This document shows positions 9,278 to 18,111 of a DNA stretch of 64,000 nt, in pieces. Made by a program: the position numbers and the translations under genes. The stretch is from Acidimicrobiia bacterium (GTDB lineage Bacteria; Actinomycetota; Acidimicrobiia; IMCC26256; JAENVU01): assembly GCA_036557185.1 (NCBI GenBank), contig DATBHZ010000117.1, forward strand, positions 572 through 64,571, given 5' to 3'. The notes below the pieces were generated by a model. The model saw nothing but the letters and a program-made list of their open reading frames with translations. It searched no databases and had not been told where the DNA came from. The first letter of the stretch is position 1. Every line of letters begins with the position of its first letter.

Positions 9278-9735
9278 ACGAACCCGCGCACATGGTCGGT
9301 GCACGGGATGAACGGGTTCGCCATGATCGTCGCCATCGACTCGCGGAGGTCCTCCTCGACGTCGCGGAAGGCCTCGAGTTCGAACGGCAGGCGCGCTCCG
9401 GTGTCGTGCTCGATCGCCGCCCTCACCTCTTCGTCGCGGAAAGTCGTCATAGCGCAGTCGGTGTGGTGGATCAGGACGATCTCCTCCGTCCCGAGCAGCC
9501 GCTGCGAGATCACGAGCGAGCGAATCGCATCCTCGGTCGCGACGCCTCCGGCATTGCGGATGACATGTGCATCGCCCTCTCGGAGCCCGAGCACCTGCAC
9601 CGGGTCGAGCCGCGCGTCCATGCACGCGAGCACCGCGACCTTCGGCGCCGGTTTGCGGGAGGCATCCTTCGCGAACGACTCTGCGAAGACCGCGTTGTTC
9701 GCGACGAGGTCGTCGGTTGCCGACATCGATGCCAT
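9238..9735 (-). CDS. Beta-class carbonic anhydrase
   Basis: Zinc ligand motifs CMDARLDP and HHTDCAM. The start is placed at ATG 9735 (MASMSATDDL). Confidence 0.88.
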   Translation of the reverse strand: MASMSATDDLVANNAVFAESFAKDASRKPAPKVAVLACMDARLDPVQVLGLREGDAHVIRNAGGVATEDAIRSLVISQRLLGTEEIVLIHHTDCAMTTFRDEEVRAAIEHDTGARLPFELEAFRDVEEDLRESMATIMANPFIPCTDHVRGFVYDVDTGRLREVS

Positions 9736-9782
9736 CCTTGCACGCGCGCGACGCGGCTCTGCAGCGGTAGTAGAACCGGAGC

Positions 9783-10220
9783 ATGCCACTCGAAGGGACG
9801 TACGAACCCAGCCCCTGGGCGCCGATCGCGGAGCAGGTCACTCTGTTCGAATCGACAGGCGGGCGAGAGGGCGCTGAGCTCCAAGGCAAGCCCTGCGTCA
9901 TCCTCTGGACGAAGGGTCGCCACTCCGGGAAGATCCGCAAGACGCCGTTGATGCGCGTCAACGATGGTGACCGGTACGCGGTCGTGGCCTCGTTGGGCGG
10001 CGCGCCGAAGCACCCGGTGTGGTACCTCAACCTCGTCGAGAATCCGACGGTCAGCCTGCAGGACGGCCCCGACCTCCGGGACTACACGGCACACGTCGCC
10101 ACAGGTGACGAGAAGGTGGAGTGGTGGAGACGCGCGACCGCCGTCTGGCCCGCGTACGACGACTACCAGGCGTCGACCAGCCGCGAGATCCCGCTCGTCA
10201 TCCTCGAGCCTGTGGCCTGA
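9783..10220 (+). CDS. Deazaflavin (F420)-dependent nitroreductase-family protein (DDN-like)
   Basis: About 145 aa with GRHSGKIRKTPLM....YAVVAS.GG.PKHPVWYLNL..NP, characteristic of the DDN family. Confidence 0.8.
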   Translation: MPLEGTYEPSPWAPIAEQVTLFESTGGREGAELQGKPCVILWTKGRHSGKIRKTPLMRVNDGDRYAVVASLGGAPKHPVWYLNLVENPTVSLQDGPDLRDYTAHVATGDEKVEWWRRATAVWPAYDDYQASTSREIPLVILEPVA

Positions 10221-10764
10221 ACGCCTCGGCACCGGCCTTCCAGGTGCGGTCGAGCTTCGAGTCCGGCGGGAACCGGTCGTCGATCTCGAGGATCACCATG
10301 CCGTGGGCGAACGCCCAGAGAGCCTGCGCGGTGTCCTCGTCTGTCGTGACGAGGAAGAACGGCTCGCCGGCCCACTCCTCGAGCTCTGGGGTCATCGCAT
10401 CGCGCCGGAGCGGGCCCGCGGTAGCGAGCCGATAGAGCTCCGGGTGCGCGACGCAGTACACGCGATATGCCTGCAGGACGCGCGCGATCGCGCCACGCGT
10501 GCCGCCGCCTGCGGCCTCGTGGAGCACGACGCCGAGCTCGGCCATCGCGGCCTCGACGAGACCGAGCTCGAGCTCGGCCTTGTTCGGGAAGTGCTTGTAG
10601 ATCGACGGTGCCTGTATCCCGAGCTTCGTCCCGAGCCGCCGCATGGTGAGCGATTCGCTGCCCTCGGTCTCAAGGATCTCCCGCGCGGCGGCGAGCACCT
10701 CCGCCGCGCGAGCCGACCGCTGGCGCATCGGCTCCGGTGCCGGCGCCGGCGCCCGCGAGCTCAT
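10198..10764 (-). CDS. TetR/AcrR-family transcriptional regulator
   Basis: N-terminal HTH LTMRRLGTKLGIQAPSIYKHFPNK. ATG 10764 overlaps the stop of the upstream gene (ATGA). Confidence 0.85.
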   Translation of the reverse strand: MSSRAPAPAPEPMRQRSARAAEVLAAAREILETEGSESLTMRRLGTKLGIQAPSIYKHFPNKAELELGLVEAAMAELGVVLHEAAGGGTRGAIARVLQAYRVYCVAHPELYRLATAGPLRRDAMTPELEEWAGEPFFLVTTDEDTAQALWAFAHGMVILEIDDRFPPDSKLDRTWKAGAEAFRPQARG

Positions 10765-11228
10765 CGCACCTCGGGCTCGAGCCGGAAGACCGGGTGTCGG
10801 GGAGCGATGCGCGCGATCTCGTCGTCGCTCGAATCTGCGGTCGCACCGTCGAAGAACACGCCGCTCTCGGCCCTCCACCGGCGGACGTAGGCACGAAGGA
10901 TCCGAGGCTTCTCCTCGTCGGCCAGCTCGTGCGCGACGTAGTGGTCGCGGCGGCGGCCGAGCAGCAGCACCACTTCGCCTGCTCCACGAGCGTTCCGCAC
11001 CCATTCCGTGTCGCCGCGCGGCGCCACGAGATAGGAGCGCCCCTCGACGGCCAGGAGGTTCACCGGGTTCCGCCGCGGGAGACCGCTGCGGCGCCCGCGC
11101 ACCTCGAGGATCCGGCTCCCCCACACGCTGACACCGAGACGCGTGAGTCCCATCACGCATCGGTTCATGACGTTGCGGGTGAACCAGTCCGGCTCCCGGT
11201 AATGCGTCGGGGTGGGGATTGTGCTCAT
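10761..11228 (-). CDS. Second deazaflavin-dependent nitroreductase-family protein (DDN-like)
   Basis: Only the C-terminal 155 codons of track ORF 10761..12101 look coding (GRRSGLPRRNPVNLL..EGRSYLVAP.G.TEWVRNAR). The start is ATG 11228. Confidence 0.78.
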   Translation of the reverse strand: MSTIPTPTHYREPDWFTRNVMNRCVMGLTRLGVSVWGSRILEVRGRRSGLPRRNPVNLLAVEGRSYLVAPRGDTEWVRNARGAGEVVLLLGRRRDHYVAHELADEEKPRILRAYVRRWRAESGVFFDGATADSSDDEIARIAPRHPVFRLEPEVR

Positions 11229-11262
11229 CGGAGTGCTCGCTCTCTGCTCATCGTGCTCTCGT

Positions 11263-11309
11263 CCATACTGAGCTAACGCTGTTAGCCATACTGGGCTAAC
11301 AGCGTTCAC
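11263..11309. promoter_or_regulatory. Putative TetR operator pair upstream of the DDN-TetR operon
   Basis: 15-bp direct repeat CCATACTG(A/G)GCTAAC at 11263-11277 and 11286-11300. Each copy runs into an inverted repeat: GCTAAC-GCT-GTTAGC at 11272-11286 and GCTAAC-AGC-GTTCAC at 11295-11309. Confidence 0.55.
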
Positions 11310-11465
11310 GCTGTCAAGAGGGGCTCGCCGGTGCTCGGCGAAGGGGGCGCAGCGGGACGGATCTGTTACCGTCACCGGCCGCGTCTGCGCGGGACGGGGA
11401 GCGATGGACGACGAAGGCACTCGGACCAGGCGGTGGGCAGGGAAGCCGCGAAGGGCCTGCCTCCG

Positions 11466-12305
11466 ATGATGCACGTCGTCACCGTCCACTTCATGGACGA
11501 CCGCTGGATCGGCCCGCAGCTGCGCTTCATGAAGCGCCACCTGCCTGCGGAGCACCGTGTCTACGGCTGCCTGAACGGGATCGATCCCGCCTGGCGTGAC
11601 GTCTTCCACGCGACGTTCGATCTCGAAGGGAAGCACGCCGACAAGCTCAACGAGCTCGCAGGCATCGTGACGCGGTCGGGCGCGGCTCCGGAGGATCTCC
11701 TGCTGTTCATCGACGGCGACGCCTTCCCGATCGCGCCGGTCGACCGGGAGCTGCTCGGCGGCACACCGCTCGCGGCCGTTCGTCAGGACGAGTGCAACGG
11801 CGACAAGCAGCCGCACCCTTCCTTCTGCCTCACCACCGTCGGGTTCTGGAACGAGATCGGCGGGGACTGGCGCCAGGGATACCAGTGGGAGGTCGAGATG
11901 GGCGGCACCATGACCGACGTCGGCGGCAACCTGCTCGGCCTCCTGGAGCGCAACAACATCACGTGGCGGCCGCTCTTGAGGAGCAACCCGCTCCCGCCCG
12001 AGGATCCGATGCTGTTCGGAATCTACGCGGACGTCGTGTACCACCACGGAGCCGGGTTCAGGGTCCCCAAGTCGCGGCAGATGATCATGCAGAGCCGTCA
12101 AGGGGTGCTGCGCGCCTCATCCGATGCTCGCACACCCGCGTGGGTGCCGGTGGTGGGGCGCCTCGAGCGCTCGGCGCGCTACCGGCTCGCCGACTACCGG
12201 CACCGCAAGCAGCTCTCGGAACTCGCCGGCAAGGCGACCACGTCGAGCGACGAGGTGTTCCGCAAGATCCTCACCGACGACGAGTTCTACAAGGAGCTTC
12301 GCTGA
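11466..12305 (+). CDS. Hypothetical protein with DxD motif (possible GT-A-like nucleotide-sugar transferase)
   Basis: 280 aa from ATG 11466 (MMHVVTVHF). Has an LLLFIDGDAFPI DxD-like motif. I do not recognise a family. Confidence 0.6.
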   Translation: MMHVVTVHFMDDRWIGPQLRFMKRHLPAEHRVYGCLNGIDPAWRDVFHATFDLEGKHADKLNELAGIVTRSGAAPEDLLLFIDGDAFPIAPVDRELLGGTPLAAVRQDECNGDKQPHPSFCLTTVGFWNEIGGDWRQGYQWEVEMGGTMTDVGGNLLGLLERNNITWRPLLRSNPLPPEDPMLFGIYADVVYHHGAGFRVPKSRQMIMQSRQGVLRASSDARTPAWVPVVGRLERSARYRLADYRHRKQLSELAGKATTSSDEVFRKILTDDEFYKELR

Positions 12306-12317
12306 GAAGACCGTTGC

Positions 12318-13676
12318 TCAGGCAACGGCGAGCAAGCCGCTGCGCGCTGCGTCGGTGAGCTCCGCGTGATCGCGCTCCGTCTGGTCGGCATACGCCTCGG
12401 CGAAGCGGTGGAAGCCGCGGGCCAGCCGGGCGCCGCCGCCGCAGTAGCCGGCGAGCAATGAAGGGTTCACGGATCGAGCGTGCGCTCGGGCGAGCGCGGC
12501 GGCACACAGCTCCGAGTACACGACGAGCGACCTCGGGGTCGTCCGCTCGACGCGTATCGAGCCCTTCATGTCCCAGAGCTGGCGCACGTAGTAGTCGCGG
12601 CCTCCCGGACCGGCGCTCCAACCCAGCAGCGGGTCACCGGCCGCCTGCATAATCGTCTGGCCCTCGACGACGCGGCGCCCGTGATGCGTGTAGATACTCC
12701 GGCCGACGTGGGGCTCGAGCACCGACGCTTCGGCCTCTTTCACCTGGAGCACCAGCGGGTCATCGTCGGTGGTCCCGACTCCGATCGCGATCGCGCACCG
12801 CGTCCCCACGCTCCCGACGCCCACGACCTTGCGCGCGGCGTCGACAGGCGTGAACTGGTCGAGCAGGTGCGCACGGTCCGCCGAGAGCGTGGACCGATAG
12901 CCCTCGAGGAACGCGAGCACATGCTCGATGTCGAAGTCGTCCGTGTGCTCGGTCCATGGCGGATCGTCGATGATCGTGCGCCTGCCGTCACGGACAATCG
13001 TGAGCTTCTCGAACGCGCGTCGCGCGTCCTTCGTCCGTGCCTTCGCCACGAGCCGGCGCGCCGCCTTCCGATCCGCCCGTGATTCGAGGCCTTCGAGCAC
13101 TTCGTCGGCCGTGACATCGGCGTACCAGACGCCGAGCGTCGTGAGCTTCGCCAGCTGCGCGAGCGTGCGCGCGTACGTCACGACACACGCTTCGGTTGCA
13201 GCTTGCGCGTCGGTGGTCGTGAATCCCCGCGACCTCGCTGCCAGCACGACGCTCGCGGCGAGCCGTGCGAGGTCCCACTCCCACGGGCCGGGATGCGTCT
13301 CGTCGAAGTCGTTCACGTCGAAGACGATCCGGCGCTCGGCCGTCGCGAACACCCCGAAGTTCAAGAGGTGCGCGTCGCCACATGCCTGCACCCGGATGCC
13401 GGTCGCCGGGTGTCCCGCCAGGTCGCAGGCCATCACAGCCGCCGCACCGCGGAAGAACGCGAACGGCGACTCCAGCATACGACCGTACCGGAGTGGAACG
13501 AGCTCGGGTATGCGCGTCGCGGCTTGGCGCTCGAGGATCGCCAGAGGATCGCGGTGCTCCGAAGGCCGCCAGTCACCGAACGAGTCGCGCTCGAAGGACT
13601 CGCGCACGGCACGCCCGGCCGCGCGCAGCTCGTCGCGCCCTCGCTCCACCGGTTCCGTGATCTTCGAGGCTCGCAC
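12318..13676 (-). CDS. DUF2252-family protein
   Basis: RIPELVPLRYGRMLESPFAFFRGAAAVMACDL and the overall length match the DUF2252 family as I remember it. Confidence 0.75.
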   Translation of the reverse strand: MRASKITEPVERGRDELRAAGRAVRESFERDSFGDWRPSEHRDPLAILERQAATRIPELVPLRYGRMLESPFAFFRGAAAVMACDLAGHPATGIRVQACGDAHLLNFGVFATAERRIVFDVNDFDETHPGPWEWDLARLAASVVLAARSRGFTTTDAQAATEACVVTYARTLAQLAKLTTLGVWYADVTADEVLEGLESRADRKAARRLVAKARTKDARRAFEKLTIVRDGRRTIIDDPPWTEHTDDFDIEHVLAFLEGYRSTLSADRAHLLDQFTPVDAARKVVGVGSVGTRCAIAIGVGTTDDDPLVLQVKEAEASVLEPHVGRSIYTHHGRRVVEGQTIMQAAGDPLLGWSAGPGGRDYYVRQLWDMKGSIRVERTTPRSLVVYSELCAAALARAHARSVNPSLLAGYCGGGARLARGFHRFAEAYADQTERDHAELTDAARSGLLAVA

Positions 13677-13797
13677 GAAGCTCCGTCTCCCGCCGCCCGG
13701 TGCCCGCCGGGAACGCTAACGCCTGCCGACGGCTCGGCGGTCTCGAGCAGACAAGACGTGGCGCGTCGCACGCGCGCCGACCTCGTAGCGTGACGGC

Positions 13798-15222
13798 GTG
13801 GCGCGGGAGTACGACGCCGTTGTCGTCGGATCTGGTCCGAACGGCCTGGTGGCGGCGGTCACGCTCGCGCGCGCTGGATGGAAGGTCCTCGTCCTCGAAG
13901 CCGCAGACCGGCCTGGGGGCGGCACCCGCTCCGAGGAGCTGACCCTGCCCGGGCTGACACACGACGTCTGCTCTGCGATACATCCGCTCGCCGTCGGCTC
14001 GCCGGCGTTCCGTGCTCTGCCGCTGCACGAGCACGGCCTCACCTGGGTGCATCCCGACGTGCCGCTCGTGCACCCTCTCGACGGTGGCGACGCGGTCGTC
14101 CTCGATCGTTCCGTGGATGTCACCGCGCAAGGGCTCGGCGCGGACGGCGACGCGTACCGTCGCCTCTTCGAGCCGTTGGTGAGCGCCGGTATGGGCCTCG
14201 TCGACGACTTGCTCTCGCCGTTGCGCATCCCACCGCGGCATCCGCTGGCAGTCGCTCGATACGGCCTCGACGGAATCCGCTCCACCGTCGCCGTCGCCCG
14301 CTCACGTTTCGAGACCGAGGAGGCGCGCGCGCTGTTCGCGGGGCTCTCCGGTCACTCCATGCTCTCGCTGCGCGCACCCATGACGGCCGGGTTCGGAATG
14401 GTCCTCGCGGCCCTCGGGCATCTGGTGGGCTGGCCGATGCCACGCGGCGGGTCGCAAAGCATCGCCTCGGCACTCGTCTCGCTCCTCGAGGCGCACGACG
14501 GCGAGGTCGTAACCGGCCGGCGCGTCACGAGCTTGCACGACCTCCCCGACGCCCGCGCAACGATGCTCGACGTCACGCCGCGCCAAGTACTGCACCTGTT
14601 CGGTTACCAGCTGCCGCCACGCTACGCGCGCCGGTTGGCGCGATACCGCCACGGTGTGGGCGTGTGGAAGGTCGATTGGGCGCTCGACGCGCCGATCCCC
14701 TGGTCGGCGCCCGAGTGCCGGCGCGCGGCCACCGTCCACCTCGGTGCGACACTTCCCGAGATCGCCGCGGCAGAGGACGAGGTCCAGGCGGGCCGGCATC
14801 CCCGTCGTCCACTCGTCCTGCTCGTGCAACCGACCTTGTTCGACGACACTCGGGCGCCGGCGGGCATGCACACAGCCTGGGCGTACTGCCACGTCCCGAA
14901 CGGATCAACCGTCGACATGACGGCACACATCGAGGACCAGGTCGAGCGGTTCGCGCCCGGCTTCCGCACGACCATCCTTGCGCGGCACGTGATGAGCCCG
15001 TCAGGGCTCGAAGCGCACGACGCGAACTACGTCGGCGGCGACATCAACGGTGGCGTGGCCGACATCCGCCAATTCGCGGCGAGGCCCGTCGCGTCACTGC
15101 ACCCGTGGCGGCTCCCGGTCAAAGGCATGTACCTGTGCTCCGCATCGACACCGCCGGGCGGTGGCGTGCACGGGATGTGCGGGTGGCAGGCAGCGCGCGA
15201 AGCGCTCCGGCGCGAACGCTGA
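13798..15222 (+). CDS. FAD-dependent oxidoreductase, phytoene-desaturase (CrtI)-like family
   Basis: N-terminal dinucleotide fold YDAVVVGSGPNGLVAAVTLARAGWKVLVLEA. About 470 aa. C-terminal GGGVHGMCG. Confidence 0.8.
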   Translation: MAREYDAVVVGSGPNGLVAAVTLARAGWKVLVLEAADRPGGGTRSEELTLPGLTHDVCSAIHPLAVGSPAFRALPLHEHGLTWVHPDVPLVHPLDGGDAVVLDRSVDVTAQGLGADGDAYRRLFEPLVSAGMGLVDDLLSPLRIPPRHPLAVARYGLDGIRSTVAVARSRFETEEARALFAGLSGHSMLSLRAPMTAGFGMVLAALGHLVGWPMPRGGSQSIASALVSLLEAHDGEVVTGRRVTSLHDLPDARATMLDVTPRQVLHLFGYQLPPRYARRLARYRHGVGVWKVDWALDAPIPWSAPECRRAATVHLGATLPEIAAAEDEVQAGRHPRRPLVLLVQPTLFDDTRAPAGMHTAWAYCHVPNGSTVDMTAHIEDQVERFAPGFRTTILARHVMSPSGLEAHDANYVGGDINGGVADIRQFAARPVASLHPWRLPVKGMYLCSASTPPGGGVHGMCGWQAAREALRRER

Positions 15223-15227
15223 CCCAC

Positions 15228-16709
15228 CTAGTGCGCCGCGAGCACCTTCTGGAGGAACGGCAGGAGGCCCGCGAAGAACGCGTTGGTCGGGTACGCGCCG
15301 GACGGGTCGTTGTGCGCGTACGTGCTCTGCCGGTTCACGCCCGTGACGTTGCTCGACGGGATCCCTGACTGCGCGGCGAGCGCCTGCGCGCCCTGGACGA
15401 CGCGGGCGCCACCGAGCGCCGCGCCGAACGCGTAGATGAGCAGCGTCTTCGGGAGCTCGCGGCCCATCGTGGAGTGGACGTCGGACACCGACTGCGCAGG
15501 CGTCGCGTTGCCGTTGTTCACCACGGCCGTGTCGTCGGTGAGCCGCTGCGGGAAGTACCACTCGGTGCCGTCGACGTTGTTGATGCCCGCACCGGAGAAC
15601 ATGGTGGCGAAGCGGTCGATCGGCGTGAGCGCGCCGGCACCGTTCCAGCCGTGCACCGGACCGGAGACCGTGAGTCCGGCGCCCAGGTGCGCCTGGGCCG
15701 CGGCGAGATTCTTGGGCGACGTCTTCGTATTGAGCGCGTAGCCGTACTGACCGACGTTGCTGACTCGAACGGGCGGGACGATGCTCGCCGGCAGGAGGCC
15801 CGACGACTGCCCAAGCGACGGAGTGTTGGGATCGAGCAGCGCGGCCAACGAACCTGTCGAGCTGAAGATGCCGGCGAACGGTGCCGTGATTCCCCCGAAC
15901 GCGAGCCATGGAGAGGCGCTGGGAGCGTTGAGCATCTGCAGACGCTGGTTGACTTCCGCTGTTGTCATCGTGGTCGGGCCGCTCCCACCGTCGATGTAGA
16001 CGAGGCCCGCGAGATCAGCAGCGCCGGGATGGCCGCCGAAGTCCCACGTCGCATACGCGGTCACGACCGACCCTCCGAGCGAGTGGCCGCCCAGCACGAC
16101 CTTGCCGCCCTCTCCCTTCGCCGCCTCGATCACCTGATGCAGGTCTTGCACGGCGACGTTCATGCCCCACTGCTTCGCGAACGCGACCGTCGCGCTCGGG
16201 ATCATCTGGAAGTGCGGCGTGATACTCGGGTTCTTCAGGTATCCGAGGTAGTAGTTGTAGACCTGCGTCGAGGTCGTCTTGCCGCTCTTGAACGAGTTCA
16301 GTTGCGACTGGTCCTCGAACAGGTTCTCACGACGCTCGATGGACCAGACCTGCCAGCCGCTCGCCGACGACACGATCCACTTGGCGAGCGGCACGAAGTA
16401 CGCGCTTCCGGCTGAGGTTCCGGGCTCCAGCACGAGGACGTTCTTGGCATCGGTCGGCCCCACCTTGATGACGCCGACCTTGTTGTACTGCGCGGGCGTC
16501 CCGGGAGCGGAGAAGCCCTGCATCCAGGTCACCTCCAGCGGCTGGCTGGTACCGGTCCGACCCGATGCGTTCGTCGGAGAGCTCGACGGGCGCGTCGTCG
16601 ACGTCGACTTCTTGGAGCTCCCGGAGGAGCAGGCACCGAGCAAGGCGATGCACGCAACGACGCCGACGACAACTCGTGCGCGAGAGACTCGAAACGCGGG
16701 CATCCGCAC
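15228..16709 (-). CDS. Secreted alpha/beta-hydrolase (lipase/esterase-like) lipoprotein
   Basis: Signal peptide with lipobox (VVACIALLGAC) and nucleophile elbow GGHSLGG. Confidence 0.75.
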   Translation of the reverse strand: MRMPAFRVSRARVVVGVVACIALLGACSSGSSKKSTSTTRPSSSPTNASGRTGTSQPLEVTWMQGFSAPGTPAQYNKVGVIKVGPTDAKNVLVLEPGTSAGSAYFVPLAKWIVSSASGWQVWSIERRENLFEDQSQLNSFKSGKTTSTQVYNYYLGYLKNPSITPHFQMIPSATVAFAKQWGMNVAVQDLHQVIEAAKGEGGKVVLGGHSLGGSVVTAYATWDFGGHPGAADLAGLVYIDGGSGPTTMTTAEVNQRLQMLNAPSASPWLAFGGITAPFAGIFSSTGSLAALLDPNTPSLGQSSGLLPASIVPPVRVSNVGQYGYALNTKTSPKNLAAAQAHLGAGLTVSGPVHGWNGAGALTPIDRFATMFSGAGINNVDGTEWYFPQRLTDDTAVVNNGNATPAQSVSDVHSTMGRELPKTLLIYAFGAALGGARVVQGAQALAAQSGIPSSNVTGVNRQSTYAHNDPSGAYPTNAFFAGLLPFLQKVLAAH

Positions 16710-16830
16710 CCCTTCAGGTCGTACCGACTCGAGCGAAAGTCAGCGTAATGCGGCCGCAGAGGTGACGGTCTTGCACGCGACGACGCCGGAGCAAATCACG
16801 CGCGTGGTGCGGTCGCTGGTTGGAACTGCG

Positions 16831-17793
16831 TCACCCTGCGTGTCCGCGAGCGGAAGCAGAGTTGCCCTTCGCGTTCCCGTTACCACCGCCCTTGCCATTG
16901 CCCTTGCCATTGCCCTTGCCGTTCCCGCCGCCGTTCCCGTTCCCGCCGCCGTTCCCGTTCCCGTGCCCGTTCCCGTTCCCACCGCCCGTCGCGCCGCCTG
17001 TGCTTCCTGGCGGCACAGCCGGAGTGGAGACCGCCGGCGGTGCGGTGTCCTGTGAGCCGCCGCCAACCTGAACACCGCCGGGCGCGGGCGGTGCGGACAC
17101 TTGCGGCGTTCCGCCGCTCGCGAAGGGCGCGCTGCCGGGCGGTGCAGCGTGCAGCAGCGCGCAATACTGCGCGGCGCTCACGCCTGCGCTCGTCGCCGCA
17201 CGCGTGATCAGCTTCGTTGCTTGCGTGCTCGGTGCTCGCCCACTCGCGAGCCATGCGCTGCAGGCGTTGACCACACCCGTTGCGGGTGAGCCAGATCCGT
17301 GTGCTCCGACGGCGTTCTTCCCGTTCGTCGAGGAGCTACCCGGGCCTGTTTCGTGTGACCGTCCACCGCTGCCCGACGGACCGGGGACGCCGAGACTCGA
17401 GAACGCGGTGTGCGCCACCTCCTGGAGCGGACCCGGGAGAGCGCCGGTGGCAGCGGCAGCCGCGGTCGCGAGGAGTAGCGGGACGGCCGCGACGCCCACG
17501 GCGGTCCGGAGTGACGCTCGGCGCAAGAGACTGACCCGGGACGCGATCGCGGGCTCGGAGGCTGTGGCTCGGATCGTCTCGGTGATCTGGGCGATGCGCT
17601 CGGCATCGCGTTCCGACTCGGGCGTTCCCGATCGCATCGACGACACGAGGCGATCGACGCGGTCCCCGCCTGCGGCAAGGTCGTCCGGCGCCGGCTCGCC
17701 GGAGAGGACCCGATCGGCGCGATCCGTGGGCTCGGAGTCAGACGGCCACCCGGAACCGGGCAGCAGGTCGTCGTCGTAGCCCGAGCCGCTCAT
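16831..17793 (-). CDS. Single-pass membrane protein with C-terminal Gly/Asn repeat tail (possible anti-sigma-like partner of the divergent ECF sigma)
   Basis: Acidic cytoplasmic N-terminus, one TM (VGVAAVPLLLATAAAAATGAL), an extracytoplasmic Pro/Gly/Ser-rich region, then GGGNGNGHGNGNGGGNGNGGGNGKGNGKGNGKGGGNGNAKGN. The functional call is inference from topology and position only. Confidence 0.6.
   Translation of the reverse strand: MSGSGYDDDLLPGSGWPSDSEPTDRADRVLSGEPAPDDLAAGGDRVDRLVSSMRSGTPESERDAERIAQITETIRATASEPAIASRVSLLRRASLRTAVGVAAVPLLLATAAAAATGALPGPLQEVAHTAFSSLGVPGPSGSGGRSHETGPGSSSTNGKNAVGAHGSGSPATGVVNACSAWLASGRAPSTQATKLITRAATSAGVSAAQYCALLHAAPPGSAPFASGGTPQVSAPPAPGGVQVGGGSQDTAPPAVSTPAVPPGSTGGATGGGNGNGHGNGNGGGNGNGGGNGKGNGKGNGKGGGNGNAKGNSASARGHAG
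16860..16990. repeat. In-frame short tandem repeats encoding the Gly/Asn tail
   Basis: CCCTTGCCATTG is reiterated about 3 times. The TTCCCGCCGCCGTTCCCG unit is reiterated on the plus strand. Confidence 0.85.
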
Positions 17794-17992
17794 CGCGCCG
17801 GGACTCCTGGCGCCCCGATGGCGCCGCAGTACATGGTGCCCACCGAGTTGCTCCTGCCGCTTCTGCCGCCGTGGCGGCTCTGGTAGTCAAACTTCGCGTA
17901 TCGGAGCGTGACCCTATCGAGCCGGATCCCCGCAACCGTGGATGTCACCATCCTCCGCTCCGCCCGCCTTGTAAAGCGATGCGACGGAGAAA

Positions 17993-18019
17993 ACCCGGAT
18001 GGGCGCAGTCCATCCGGGT
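17993..18019. other. Perfect 10-bp stem / 7-nt loop hairpin in the sigma-factor upstream region
   Basis: ACCCGGATGG-gcgcagt-CCATCCGGGT. Confidence 0.5.
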
Positions 18020-18111
18020 CCTCCTACCTACGACAACCGAAATGATGCGCACCGGCACTTTGCCGGTCCTTTGCCAGGGGAGCGCAGGTTCAGTTTCGGA
18101 CCCCGATTTAG

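Noticed and set aside
16860-16990. Short tandem repeats that might be mistaken for a CRISPR or VNTR locus
   Set aside because: The units are 6-18 bp, contiguous with no spacers, and in frame within a coding sequence. They simply encode the Gly/Asn tail.
17920-17960. Possible ECF-type promoter (GCAACC-N17-CCGCT) upstream of the sigma gene
   Set aside because: It is a poor match to the GGAAC…CGT-type ECF consensus, and no second copy lies upstream of the pilin genes. The resemblance could easily arise by chance.
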